From Auanema rhodensis (taxonomy: Eukaryota; Animalia; Nematoda): 64,000 nt of DNA. Numbering within the stretch: position 1 is the stretch's first letter; the number at the start of each line of letters is the position of its first letter. The position numbers were made by a program, and so were the translations under genes. Location: positions 21,452,001-21,516,000 of the forward strand of contig OZ059894.1 in NCBI GenBank assembly GCA_964057225.1, in the 5' to 3' direction. Shown in pieces: positions 1 through 14,220 of this stretch. Below the pieces are notes generated by a model, which was not told the origin of the DNA, did no database searches, and was given only the letters and a program-made list of their open reading frames with translations.

Positions 1-3000
1 AAAATTTCAAAATAATTTAGCAAAAAGTAGATGTTTTTAGATTTCTTTTTTCAAGGCAAAGACGATGGACAATGTTATTCAACGAAAAAATTAATTCTTC
101 AGGGTGAAAATCGAGGATATAAGTGTGAACTTATATCAGTTGATATCTCGGTGCATTTTTACGCTAGCGCAAATTTGATAACACAGATCGACGCAGCTTA
201 AAAATCCGCATCGAATGCACTATACTACATCAAGAAACGCTTGATACAAAAATTAGTTATGATCGTTTGAAAAATGATGCATTAGTGTATGTTGAGTTTC
301 CATGTACACTCAACATTGCTTCCAAAAACATTTTGACAAAAATTTTTTCGAAAAATTTCAAAATAATTTAGCAAAAAGTAGATGTTTTTAGATTCCTTTT
401 TTTAAGGCAAAGACGATGGACAATGTTATTCAACGAAAAAATTAATTCTTCAGGGTGAAAATCGAGGATATAAGTGTGAACTTATATCAGTTGATATCTC
501 GGTGCATTTTTAAGCTAGCGCAAATCTGATAACACAGATCGACGCAGCTTAAAAATCCGCATCGAATGCACTATACTACATTGAGAAACGCTTGATACAA
601 AAATTAGTTATGATCGTTTGAAAAATGATGCATTAGTGTATGTTGAGTTTCCATGTACACACAACATTGCTTCCAAAAACATTTTGACAAAAATTTTTTC
701 GAAAAATTTCAAAATAATTTAGCAAAAAGTAGATGTTTTTAGATTCCTTTTCTTAAGGCAAAGACGATGGACAATGTTATTCAACGAAAAAATTAATTCT
801 TCAGGGTGAAAATCGAGGATATAAGTGTGAACTTATATCAGTTGATATCTCGGTGCATTTTTACGCTAGCGCAAATTTGATAACACAGATCGACGCAGCT
901 TAAAAATCCGCATCGAATGCACTATACTACATCAAGAAACGCTTGATACAAAAATTAGTTATGATCGTTTGAAAAATGATGCATTAGTGTATGTTGAGTT
1001 TCCATGTACACACAACATTGCTTCCAAAAACATTTTGACAAAAATTTTTTCGAAAAATTTCAAAATAATTTAGCAAAAAGTAGATGTTTTTAGATTCCTT
1101 TTCTTAAGGCAAAGACGATGGACAATGTTATTCAACGAAAAAATTAATTCTTCAGGGTGAAAATCGAGGATATAAGTGTGAACTTATATCAGTTGATATC
1201 TCGGTGCATTTTTACGCTAGCGCAAATTTGATAACACAGATCGACGCAGCTTAAAAATCCGCATCGAATGCACTATACTACATCAAGAAACGCTTGATAC
1301 AAAAATTAGTTATGATCGTTTGAAAAATGATGCATTAGTGTATGTTGAGTTTCCATGTACACTCAACATTGCTTCCAAAAACATTTTGACAAAAATTTTT
1401 TCGAAAAATTTCAAAATAATTTAGCAAAAAGTAGATGTTTTTAGATTCCTTTTTTTAAGGCAAAGACGATGGACAATGTTATTCAACGAAAAAATTAATT
1501 CTTCAGGGTGAAAATCGAGGATATAAGTGTGAACTTATATCAGTTGATATCTCGGTGCATTTTTAAGCTAGCGCAAATCTGATAACACAGATCGACGCAG
1601 CTTAAAAATCCCCATCGAATGCACTATACTACATTGAGAAACGCTTAATACACAAATTAGTTATGATCGTTTGAAAAATGATGCATTAGTGTATGTTGAG
1701 TTTCCATGTACACACAACATTGCTTCCAAAAACATTTTGACAAAAATTTTTTCGAAAAATTTCAAAATAATTTAGCAAAAAGTAGATGTTTTTAGATTCC
1801 TTTTCTTAAGGCAAAGACGATGGACAATGTTATTCAACGAAAAAATTAATTCTTCAGGGTGAAAATCGAGGATATAAGTGTGAACTTATATCAGTTGATA
1901 TCTCGGTGCATTTTTAAGCTAGCGCAAATCTGATAACACAGATCGACGCAGCTTAAAAATCCGCATCGAATGCACTATACTACATCAAGAAACGCTTGAT
2001 ACAAAAATTAGTTATGATCGTTTGAAAAATGATGCATTAGTGTATGTTGAGTTTCCATGTACACTCAACATTGCTTCCAAAAACATTTTGACAAAAATTT
2101 TTTCGAAAAATTTCAAAATAATTTAGCAAAAAGTAGATGTTTTTAGATTCCATTTTTTAAGGCAAAGACGATAGACAATGTTATTCAACGAAAAAATTAA
2201 TTCTTCAGGGTGAAAATCGAGGATATAAGTGTGAACTTATATCAGTTGATATCTCGGTGCATTTTTAAGCTAGCGCAAATCTGATAACACAGATCGACGC
2301 AGCTTAAAAATCCGCATCGAATGCACTATACTACATTGAGAAACGCTTAATACACAAATTAGTTATGATCGTTTGAAAAATGATGCATTAGTGTATGTTG
2401 AGTTTCCATGTACACTCAACATTGCTTCCAAAAACATTTTGACAAAAATTTTTACGAAAAATTTCAAAATAATTTAGCAAAAAGTAGATGTTTTTAGACT
2501 CCATTTTTCAAGGCAAAGACGATAGACAATGTTATTCAACGAAAAAATTAATTCTTCAGGGTGAAAATCGAGGATATAAGTGTGAACTTATATCAGTTGA
2601 TATCTCGGTGCATTTTTAAGCTAGCGCAAATCTGATAACACAGATCGACGCAGCTTAAAAATCCGCATCGAATGCACTATACTACATTGAGAAACGCTTA
2701 ATACACAAATTAGTTATGATCGTTTAAAAAATGATGCATTAGTGTATGTTGAGTTTCCATGTACACTCAACATTGCTTCCAAAAACATTTTGACAAAAAT
2801 TTTTTCGAAAAATTTCAAAATAATTTAGGAAAAAGTAGATGTTTTTAGATTTCTTTTTTCAAGGCAAAGACGATGGACAATGCTATTCAACGAAAAAATT
2901 AATTCTTCAGGGTGAAAATCGAGGATATAAGTGTGAACTTATATCAGTTGATATCTCGGTGCATTTTTAAGCTAGCGCAAATCTGATAACACAGATCGAC

Positions 3001-3549
3001 GCAGCTTAAAAATCCGCATCGAATGCACTATACTACATTGAGAAACGCTTAATACACAAATTAGTTATGATCGTTTGAAAAATGATGCATTAGTGTATGT
3101 TGAGTTTCCATGTACACTCAACATTGCTTCCAAAAACATTTTGACAAAAATTTTTTCGAAAAATTTCAAAATAATTTAGGAAAAAGTAGATGTTTTTAGA
3201 TTTCTTTTTTCAAGGCAAAGACGATGGACAATGCTATTCAACGAAAAAATTAATTCTTCAGGGTGAAAATCGAGGATATAAGTGTGAACTTATATCAGTT
3301 GATATCTCGGTGCATTTTTAAGCTAGCGCAAATCTGATAACACAGATCGACGCAGCTTAAAAATCCGCATCGAATGCACTATACTACATTGAGAAACGTT
3401 TGATACAAAAATTAGTTATGATCGTTTGAAAAATGATGCATTAGTGTATGTTGAGTTTCCATGTACACTCAACATTGCTTCCAAAAACATTTTGACAAAA
3501 ATTTTTTCGAAAAATTTCAAAATAATTTAGGAAAAAGTAGATGTTTTTA

Positions 3550-5650
3550 GATTTCTTTTTTCAAGGCAAAGACGATGGACAATGCTATTCAACGAAAAAA
3601 TTAATTCTTCAGGGTGAAAATCGAGGATATAAGTGTGAACTTATATCAGTTGATATCTCGGTGCATTTTTAAGCTAGCGCAAATCTGATAACACAGATCG
3701 ACGCAGCTTAAAAATCCGCATCGAATGCACTATACTACATTGAGAAACGTTTGATACAAAAATTAGTTATGATCGTTTGAAAAATGATGCATTAGTGTAT
3801 GTTGAGTTTCCATGTACACTCAACATTGCTTCCAAAAACATTTTGACAAAAATTTTTTCGAAAAATTTCAAAATAATTTAGCAAAAAGTAGATGTTTTTA
3901 GATTCCTTTTTTTAAGGCAAAGACGATGGACAATGTTATTCAACGAAAAAATTAATTCTTCAGGGTGAAAATCGAGGATATAAGTGTGAACTTATATCAG
4001 TTGATATCTCGGTGCATTTTTAAGCTAGCGCAAATCTGATAACACAGATCGACGCAGCTTAAAAATCCGCATCGAATGCACTATACTACATTGAGAAACG
4101 CTTAATACACAAATTAGTTATGATCGTTTGAAAAATGATGCATTAGTGTATGTTGAGTTTCCATGTACACTCAACATTGCTTCCAAAAACATTTTGACAA
4201 AAATTTTTTCGAAAAATTTCAAAATAATTTAGCAAAAAGTAGATGTTTTTAGATTTCTTTTTTCAAGGCAAAGACGATGGACAATGTTATTCAACGAAAA
4301 AATTAATTCTTCAGGGTGAAAATCGAGGATATAAGTGTGAACTTATATCAGTTGATATCTCGGTGCATTTTTAAGCTAGCGCAAATCTGATAACACAGAT
4401 CGACGCAGCTTAAAAATCCGCATCGAATGCACTATACTACATTGAGAAACGCTTAATACACAAATTAGTTATGATCGTTTGAAAAATGATGCATTAGTGT
4501 ATGTTGAGTTTCCATGTACACTCAACATTGCTTCCAAAAACATTTTGACAAAAATTTTTTCGAAAAATTTCAAAATAATTTAGCAAAAAGTAGATGTTTT
4601 TAGATTTCTTTTTTCAAGGCAAAGACGATGGACAATGCTATTCAACGAAAAAATTAATTCTTCAGGGTGAAAATCGAGGATATAAGTGTGAACTTATATC
4701 AGTTGATATCTCGGTGCATTTTTAAGCTAGCGCAAATCTGATAACACAGATCGACGCAGCTTAAAAATCCGCATCGAATGCACTATACTACATTGAGAAA
4801 CGTTTGATACAAAAATTAGTTATGATCGTTTGAAAAATGATGCATTAGTGTATGTTGAGTTTCCATGTACACTCAACATTGCTTCCAAAAACATTTTGAC
4901 AAAAATTTTTTCGAAAAATTTCAAAATAATTTAGCAAAAAGTAGATGTTTTTAGATTCCTTTTTTTAAGGCAAAGACGATGGACAATGTTATTCAACGAA
5001 AAAATTAATTCTTCAGGGTGAAAATCGAGGATATAAGTGTGAACTTATATCAGTTGATATCTCGGTGCATTTTTAAGCTAGCGCAAATCTGATAACACAG
5101 ATCGACGCAGCTTAAAAATCCGCATCGAATGCACTATACTACATTGAGAAACGCTTAATACACAAATTAGTTATGATCGTTTGAAAAATGATGCATTAGT
5201 GTATGTTGAGTTTCCATGTACACTCAACATTGCTTCCAAAAACATTTTGACAAAAATTTTTTCGAAAAATTTCAAAATAATTTAGCAAAAAGTAGATGTT
5301 TTTAGATTTCTTTTTTCAAGGCAAAGACGATGGACAATGTTATTCAACGAAAAAATTAATTCTTCAGGGTGAAAATCGAGGATATAAGTGTGAACTTATA
5401 TCAGTTGATATCTCGGTGCATTTTTAAGCTAGCGCAAATCTGATAACACAGATCGACGCAGCTTAAAAATCCGCATCGAATGCACTATACTACATTGAGA
5501 AACGCTTAATACACAAATTAGTTATGATCGTTTGAAAAATGATGCATTAGTGTATGTTGAGTTTCCATGTACACTCAACATTGCTTCCAAAAACATTTTG
5601 ACAAAAATTTTTTCGAAAAATTTCAAAATAATTTAGCAAAAAGTAGATGT
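3550..5650 (+). repeat. Local 3-monomer (1053-bp) duplication; ends approximate
   Basis: AATGCTA at 3585/4638, AAACGTTTGA at 3750/4803 and TTTTAAGG at 3913/4966 are all 1053 apart. Confidence 0.75.
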
Positions 5651-5967
5651 TTTTAGATTTCTTTTTTCAAGGCAAAGACGATGGACAATGTTATTCAACG
5701 AAAAAATTAATTCTTCAGGGTGAAAATCGAGGATATAAGTGTGAACTTATATCAGTTGATATCTCGGTGCATTTTTAAGCTAGCGCAAATCTGATAACAC
5801 AGATCGACGCAGCTTAAAAATCCGCATCGAATGCACTATACTACATTGAGAAACGCTTAATACAAAAATTAGTTATGATCGTTTGAAAAATGATGCATTA
5901 GTGTATGTTGAGTTTCCATGTACACTCAACATTGCTTCCAAAAACATTTTGACAAAAATTTTTTCGA

Positions 5968-6136
5968 GAAATTTCAGAATAATTTAGCAAAAAGTAGATG
6001 TTTTTAGATTCCTTTTTTCAAGGCAAAGACGATGGACAATGTTATTCAACGAAAAAATTAATTCTTCAGGGTGAAAATCGAGGATATAAGTGTGAACTTA
6101 TATCAGTTGATATCTCGGTGCATTTTTAAGCTAGTT
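5968..6136 (+). repeat. Truncated monomer 1: monomer positions 168-351 plus 1-12 of the next unit replaced by TT (net -194 bp)
   Basis: Junction ...TTTTTAAGCTAG|TT|TAATTTAGCATAAAGTAG at 6134-6137; the array phase shifts by exactly 194. Confidence 0.95.
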
Positions 6137-6826
6137 TAATTTAGCATAAAGTAGATGTTTTTAGATTCCATTTTTCAAGGCAAAGACGATGGACAATGAT
6201 ATTCAACAAAAAAATTAATTCTTCAGGGGGAAAATCGAGGATATAAGTGTGAACTTATATCAGTTGATATCTCGGTGCATTTTTAAGCTAGCGCAAATCT
6301 GATAACACAGATCGACGCAGCTTAAAAATCCGCATCGAATGCACTATACTACATTGAGAAACGCTTAATACAAAAATTAGTTATGATCGTTTGAAAAATG
6401 ATGCATTAGTGTATGTTGAGTTTCCATGTACACTCAACATTGCTTCCAAAAACATTTTGACAAAAATTTTTTCGAAAAATTTCATAATAATTTAGCAAAA
6501 AGTAGATGTTTTTAGATTCCATTTTTCAAGGCAAAGACGATGGACAATGTTATTCAACGAAAAAATTAATTCTTCAGGGTGAAAATCGAGGATATAAGTG
6601 TGAACTTATATCAGTTGATATCTCGGTGCATTTTTAAGCTAGCGCAAATCTGATAACACAGATCGACGCAGCTTAAAAATCCGCATCGAATGCACTATAC
6701 TACATTGAGAAACGCTTAATACAAAAATTAGTTATGATCGTTTGAAAAATGATGCATTAGTGTATGTTGAGTTTCCATTTACACTCAACATTGCTTCCAA
6801 AAACATTTTGACAAAAATTTTTTCGA

Positions 6827-6995
6827 AAAATTTCAAAATAATTTAGCAAAAAGTAGTTGTTTTTAGATTCCATTTTTCAAGGCAAAGACGATGGACAATG
6901 TTATTCAACGAAAAAATTAATTCTTCAGGGTGAAAATCGAGGATATAAGTGTGAACTTATATCAGTTGATATCTCGGTGCATTTTTAAGCTAGTT
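6827..6995 (+). repeat. Truncated monomer 2, duplicate of the same deletion junction
   Basis: Identical junction at 6993-6996, 859 bp (3x351-194) after the first, with the same linked downstream variants (AGCATAAAG, AATGATATTCAACAAA, CAGGGGGAAA). Confidence 0.95.
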
Positions 6996-9900
6996 TAATT
7001 TAGCATAAAGTAGATGTTTTTAGATTCCATTTTTCAAGGCAAAGACGATGGACAATGATATTCAACAAAAAAATTAATTCTTCAGGGGGAAAATCGAGGA
7101 TATAAGTGTGAACTTATATCAGTTGATATCTCGGTGCATTTTTAAGCTAGCGCAAATCTGATAACACAGATCGACGCAGCTTAAAAATCCGCATCGAATG
7201 CACTATACTACATTGAGAAACGCTTAATACAAAAATTAGTTATGATCGTTTGAAAAATGATGCATTAGTGTATGTTGAGTTTCCATGTACACTCAACATT
7301 GCTTCCAAAAACATTTTGACAAAAATTTTTTCGAAAAATTTCATAATAATTTAGCAAAAAGTAGATGTTTTTAGATTCCATTTTTCAAGGCAAAGACGAT
7401 GGACAATGTTATTCAACGAAAAAATTAATTCTTCAGGGTGAAAATCGAGGATATAAGTGTGAACTTATATCAGTTGATATCTCGGTGCATTTTTAAGCTA
7501 GCGCAAATCTGATAACACAGATCGACGCAGCTTAAAAATCCGCATCGAATGCACTATACTACATTGAGAAACGCTTAATACAAAAATTAGTTATGATCGT
7601 TTGAAAAATGATGCATTAGTGTATGTTGAGTTTCCATGTACACTCAACATTGCTTCCAAAAACATTTTGACAAAAATTTTTTCGAAAAATTTCATAATAA
7701 TTTAGCAAAAAGTAGATGTTTTTAGATTCCATTTTTCAAGGCAAAGACGATGGACAATGTTATTCAACGAAAAAATTAATTCTTCAGGGTGAAAATCGAG
7801 GATATAAGTGTGAACTTATATCAGTTGATATCTCGGTGCATTTTTAAGCTAGCGCAAATCTGATAACACAGATCGACGCAGCTTAAAAATCCGCATCGAA
7901 TGCACTATACTACATTGAGAAACGCTTAATACAAAAATTAGTTATGATCGTTTGAAAAATGATGCATTAGTGTATGTTGAGTTTCCATGTACACTCAACA
8001 TTGCTTCCAAAAACATTTTGACAAAAATTTTTTCGAGAAATTTCAAAATAATTCAGCAAAAAGTAGATGTTTTTAGATTCCATTTTTCAAGGCAAAGACG
8101 ATGGACAATGTTATTCAACGAAAAAATTAATTCTTCAGGGTGAAAATCGAGGATATAAGTGTGAACTTATATCAGTTGATATCTCGGTGCATTTTTAAGC
8201 TAGCGCAAATCTGTTAACACAGATCAACGCAGCTTAAAAATCCGCATCGAATGCACTATACTACATTGAGAAACGCTTAATACAAAAATTAGTTATGATC
8301 GTTTGAAAAATGATGCATTAGTGTATGTTGAGTTTCCATTTACACTCAACATTGCTTCCAAAAACATTTTGACAAAAATTTTTTCGAAAAATTTCAAAAT
8401 AATTTAGCAAAAAGTAGATGTTTTTAGATTCCATTTTTCAAGGCAAAGACGATGGACAATGTTATTCAACGAAAAAATTAATTCTTCAGGGTGAAAATCG
8501 AGGATATAAGTGTGAACTTATATCAGTTGATATCTCGGTGCATTTTTAAGCTAGCGCAAATCTGATAACACAGATCGACGCAGCTTAAAAATCCGCATCG
8601 AATGCACTATACTACATTGAGAAACGCTTAATACAAAAATTAGTTATGATCGTTTGAAAAATGATGCATTAGTGTATGTTGAGTTTCCATGTACACTCAA
8701 CATTGCTTCCAAAAACATTTTGACAAAAATTTTTTCGAAAAATTTCAAAATAATTTAGCAAAAAGTAGATGTTTTTAGATTCCTTTTTTCAAGGCAAAGA
8801 CGATGGACAATGTTATTCAACGAAAAAATTAATTCTTCAGGGTGAAAATCGAGGATATAAGTGTGAACTTATATCAGTTGATATCTCGGTGCATTTTTAA
8901 GCTAGCGCAAATCTGATAACACAGATCGACGCAGCTTAAAAATCCGCATCGAATGCACTATACCACATTGAGAAACGCTTAATACAAAAATTAGTTATGA
9001 TCGTTTGAAAAATGATGCATTAGTGTATGTTGAGTTTCCATTTACACTCAACATTGCTTCCAAAAACATTTTGACAAAAATTTTTTCGAAAAATTTCAAA
9101 ATAATTTAGCAAAAAGTAGATGTTTTTAGATTCCATTTTTCAAGGCAAAGACGATGGACAATGTTATTCAACGAAAAAATTAATTCTTCAGGGTGAAAAT
9201 CGAGGATATAAGTGTGAACTTATATCAGTTGATATCTCGGTGCATTTTTAAGCTAGCGCAAATCTGATAACACAGATCGACGCAGCTTAAAAATCCGCAT
9301 CGAATGCACTATACTACATTGAGAAACGCTTAATACAAAAATTAGTTATGATCGTTTGAAAAATGATGCATTAGTGTATGTTGAGTTTCCATGTACACTC
9401 AACATTGCTTCCAAAAACATTTTGACAAAAATTTTTTCGAGAAATTTCAAAATAATTTAGCAAAAAGTAGATGTTTTTAGATTCCATTTTTCAAGGCAAA
9501 GACGATGGACAATGTTATTCAACGAAAAAATTAATTCTTCAGGGTGAAAATCGAGGATATAAGTGTGAACTTATATCAGTTGATATCTCGGTGCATTTTT
9601 AAGCTAGCGCAAATCTGATAACACAGATCGACGCAGCTTAAAAATCCGCATCGAATGCACTATACTACATTGAGAAACGCTTAATACAAAAATTAGTTAT
9701 GATCGTTTGAAAAATGATGCATTAGTGTATGTTGAGTTTCCATGTACACTCAACATTGCTTCCAAAAACATTTTGACAAAAATTTTTTCGAGAAATTTCA
9801 GAATAATTTAGCAAAAAGTAGATGTTTTTAGATTCCTTTTTTCAAGTCAAAGACGATGGACAATGTTATTCAACGAAAAAATTAATTCTTCAGGGTGAAA

Positions 9901-10142
9901 ATCGAGGATATAATTGTGAACTTATATCAGTTGATATCTCGGTGCATTTTTAAGCTAGCGCAAATCTGATAACACAGATCGACGCAGCTTAAAAATCCGC
10001 ATCGAATGCACTATACTACATTGAGAAACGCTTAATACAAAAATTAGTTATGATCGTTTGAAAAATGATGCATTAGTGTATGTTGAGTTTCCATGTACAC
10101 TCAACATTGCTTCCAAAAACATTTTGACAAAAATTTTTTCGA

Positions 10143-13100
10143 AAAATTTCATAATAATTTAGCAAAAAGTAGATGTTTTTAGATTCCATTTTTCAAGGCA
10201 AAGACGATGGACAATGTTATTCAACGAAAAAATTAATTCTTCAGGGTGAAAATCGAGGATATAAGTGTGAACTTATATCAGTTGATATCTCGGTGCATTT
10301 TTAAGCTAGCGCAAATCTGATAACACAGATCGACGCAGCTTAAAAATCCGCATCGAATGCACTATACTACATTGAGAAACGCTTAATACAAAAATTAGTT
10401 ATGATCGTTTGAAAAATGATGCATTAGTGTATGTTGAGTTTCCATTTACACTCAACATTGCTTCCAAAAACATTTTGACAAAAATTTTTTCGAAAAATTT
10501 CAAAATAATTTAGCAAAAAGTAGATGTTTTTAGATTCCATTTTTCAAGGCAAAGACGATGGACAATGTTATTCAACGAAAAAATTAATTCTTCAGGGTGA
10601 AAATCGAGGATATAAGTGTGAACTTATATCAGTTGATATCTCGGTGCATTTTTAAGCTAGCGCAAATCTGATAACACAGATCGACGCAGCTTAAAAATCC
10701 GCATCGAATGCACTATACTACATTGAAAAACGCTTAATACAAAAAATAGTTATGATCGTTTGAAAAATGATGCATTAGTGTATGTTGAGTTTCCATGTAC
10801 ACTCAACATTGCTTCCAAAAACATTTTGACAAAAATTTTTTCGAGAAATTTCAAAATAATTTAGCAAAAAGTAGATGTTTTTAGATTCCATTTTTCAAGG
10901 CAAAGACGATGGACAATGTTATTCAACGAAAAAATTAATTCTTCAGGGTGAAAATCGAGGATATAAGTGTGAACTTATATCAGTTGATATCTCGGTGCAT
11001 TTTTAAGCTAGCGCAAATCTGATAACACAGATCGACGCAGCTTAAAAATCCGCATCGAATGCACTATACTACATTGAGAAACGCTTAATACAAAAATTAG
11101 TTATGATCGTTTGAAAAATGATGCATTAGTGTATGTTGAGTTTCCATGTACACTCAACATTGCTTCCAAAAACATTTTGACAAAAATTTTTTCGAAAAAT
11201 TTCAAAATAATTTAGCAAAAAGTAGATGTTTTTAGATTCCTTTTTTCAAGGCAAAGACGATGGACAATGTTATTCAACGAAAAAATTAATTCTTCAGGGT
11301 GAAAATCGAGGATATAAGTGTGAACTTATATCAGTTGATATCTCGGTGCATTTTTAAGCTAGCGCAAATCTGATAACACAGATCGACGCAGCTTAAAAAT
11401 CCGCATCGAATGCACTATACTACATTGAGAAACGCTTAATACAAAAATTAGTTATGATCGTTTGAAAAATGATGCATTAGTGTATGTTGAGTTTCCATGT
11501 ACACTCAACATTGCTTCCAAAAAGATTTTGACAAAAATTTTTTCGAAAAATTTCATAATAATTTAGCAAAAAGTAGATGTTTTTAGATTCCATTTTTCAA
11601 GGCAAAGACGATGGACAATGTTATTCAACGAAAAAATTAATTCTTCAGGGTGAAAATCGAGGATATAAGTGTGAACTTATATCAGTTGATATCTCGGTGC
11701 ATTTTTAAGCTAGCGCAAATCTGATAACACAGATCGACGCAGCTTAAAAATCCGCATCGAATGCACTATACCACATTGAGAAACGCTTAATACAAAAATT
11801 AGTTATGATCGTTTGAAAAATGATGCATTAGTGTATGTTGAGTTTCCATTTACACTCAACATTGCTTCCAAAAACATTTTGACAAAAATTTTTTCGAAAA
11901 ATTTCAAAATAATTTAGCAAAAAGTAGATGTTTTTAGATTCCATTTTTCAAGGCAAAGACGATGGACAATGTTATTCAACGAAAAAATTAATTCTTCAGG
12001 GTGAAAATCGAGGATATAAGTGTGAACTTATATCAGTTGATATCTCGGTGCATTTTTAAGCTAGCGCAAATCTGATAACACAGATCGACGCAGCTTAAAA
12101 ATCCGCATCGAATGCACTATACTACATTGAGAAACGCTTAATACAAAAATTAGTTATGATCGTTTGAAAAATGATGCATTAGTGTATGTTGAGTTTCCAT
12201 GTACACTCAACATTGCTTCCAAAAACATTTTGACAAAAATTTTTTCGAAAAATTTCATAATAATTTAGCAAAAAGTAGATGTTTTTAGATTCCATTTTTC
12301 AAGGCAAAGACGATGGACAATGTTATTCAACGAAAAAATTAATTCTTCAGGGTGAAAATCGAGGATATAAGTGTGAACTTATATCAGTTGATATCTCGGT
12401 GCATTTTTAAGCTAGCGCAAATCTGATAACACAGATCGACGCAGCTTAAAAATCCGCATCGAATGCACTATACTACATTGAGAAACGCTTAATACAAAAA
12501 TTAGTTATGATCGTTTGAAAAATGATGCATTAGTGTATGTTGAGTTTCCATTTACACTCAACATTGCTTCCAAAAACATTTTGACAAAAATTTTTTCGAA
12601 AAATTTCAAAATAATTTAGCAAAAAGTAGATGTTTTTAGATTCCATTTTTCAAGGCAAAGACGATGGACAATGTTATTCAACGAAAAAAATAATTCTTCA
12701 GGGTGAAAATCGAGGATATAAGTGTGAACTTATATCAGTTGATATCTCGGTGCATTTTTAAGCTAGCGCAAATCTGATAACACAGATCGACGCAGCTTAA
12801 AAATCCGCATCGAATGCACTATACTACATTGAAAAACGCTTAATACAAAAAATAGTTATGATCGTTTGAAAAATGATGCATTAGTGTATGTTGAGTTTCC
12901 ATGTACACTCAACATTGCTTCCAAAAACATTTTGACAAAAATTTTTTCGAGAAATTTCAAAATAATTTAGCAAAAAGTAGATGTTTTTAGATTCCATTTT
13001 TCAAGGCAAAGACGATGGACAATGTTATTCAACGAAAAAATTAATTCTTCAGGGTGAAAATCGAGGATATAAGTGTGAACTTATATCAGTTGATATCTCG

Positions 13101-14220
13101 GTGCATTTTTAAGCTAGCGCAAATCTGATAACACAGATCGACGCAGCTTAAAAATCCGCATCGAATGCACTATACTACATTGAGAAACGCTTAATACAAA
13201 AATTAGTTATGATCGTTTGAAAAATGATGCATTAGTGTATGTTGAGTTTCCATGTACACTCAACATTGCTTCCAAAAACATTTTGACAAAAATTTTTTCG
13301 AAAAATTTCAAAATAATTTAGCAAAAAGTAGATGTTTTTAGATTCCTTTTTTCAAGGCAAAGACGATGGACAATGTTATTCAACGAAAAAATTAATTCTT
13401 CAGGGTGAAAATCGAGGATATAAGTGTGAACTTATATCAGTTGATATCTCGGTGCATTTTTAAGCTAGCGCAAATCTGATAACACAGATCGACGCAGCTT
13501 AAAAATCCGCATCGAATGCACTATACTACATTGAGAAACGCTTAATACAAAAATTAGTTATGATCGTTTGAAAAATGATGCATTAGTGTATGTTGAGTTT
13601 CCATGTACACTCAACATTGCTTCCAAAAAGATTTTGACAAAAATTTTTTCGAAAAATTTCATAATAATTTAGCAAAAAGTAGATGTTTTTAGATTCCATT
13701 TTTCAAGGCAAAGACGATGGACAATGTTATTCAACGAAAAAATTAATTCTTCAGGGTGAAAATCGAGGATATAAGTGTGAACTTATATCAGTTGATATCT
13801 CGGTGCATTTTTAAGCTAGCGCAAATCTGATAACACAGATCGACGCAGCTTAAAAATCCGCATCGAATGCACTATACCACATTGAGAAACGCTTAATACA
13901 AAAATTAGTTATGATCGTTTGAAAAATGATGCATTAGTGTATGTTGAGTTTCCATTTACACTCAACATTGCTTCCAAAAACATTTTGACAAAAATTTTTT
14001 CGAAAAATTTCAAAATAATTTAGCAAAAAGTAGATGTTTTTAGATTCCATTTTTCAAGGCAAAGACGATGGACAATGTTATTCAACGAAAAAATTAATTC
14101 TTCAGGGTGAAAATCGAGGATATAAGTGTGAACTTATATCAGTTGATATCTCGGTGCATTTTTAAGCTAGCGCAAATCTGATAACACAGATCGACGCAGC
14201 TTAAAAATCCGCATCGAATG
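10143..14220 (+). repeat. 6-monomer (2106-bp) HOR, 2 copies; ends approximate
   Basis: TTGAAAAACG at 10727/12833, AAAAAATAG at 10746/12852, AAAAAGATT at 11524/13630 and ATACCAC at 11772/13878 are all 2106 apart. Confidence 0.85.

Noticed and set aside
96-102. CTGAAGA on the - strand (and CTGATAA on +) resembling the hammerhead ribozyme CUGANGA core known from some satellites
   Set aside because: I could not build stem II closing onto a GAAA, nor stems I and III, by eye. The + strand motif does not match CUGANGA.
1-351. 5S rRNA, tRNA, snRNA or spliced-leader tandem gene array
   Set aside because: No recognisable conserved sequence or convincing Pol III A/B/C boxes.
1-351. Assignment to a named ~350-360 bp satellite (e.g. 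Drosophila 359-bp/1.688 or Tribolium satellites)
   Set aside because: Only length and AT content are similar. I do not recognise the sequence, and a database search is needed.
346-362. CENP-B box
   Set aside because: TTCG is present but the downstream CGGG of NTTCGNNNNANNCGGGN is missing at each TTCG examined on both strands.
7952-8143. 63-aa ORF from the ORF track
   Set aside because: It starts at TTG and exists only because a private T>C at 8054 turns the TAG present in this frame in essentially all other monomers into CAG. No recognisable protein features.
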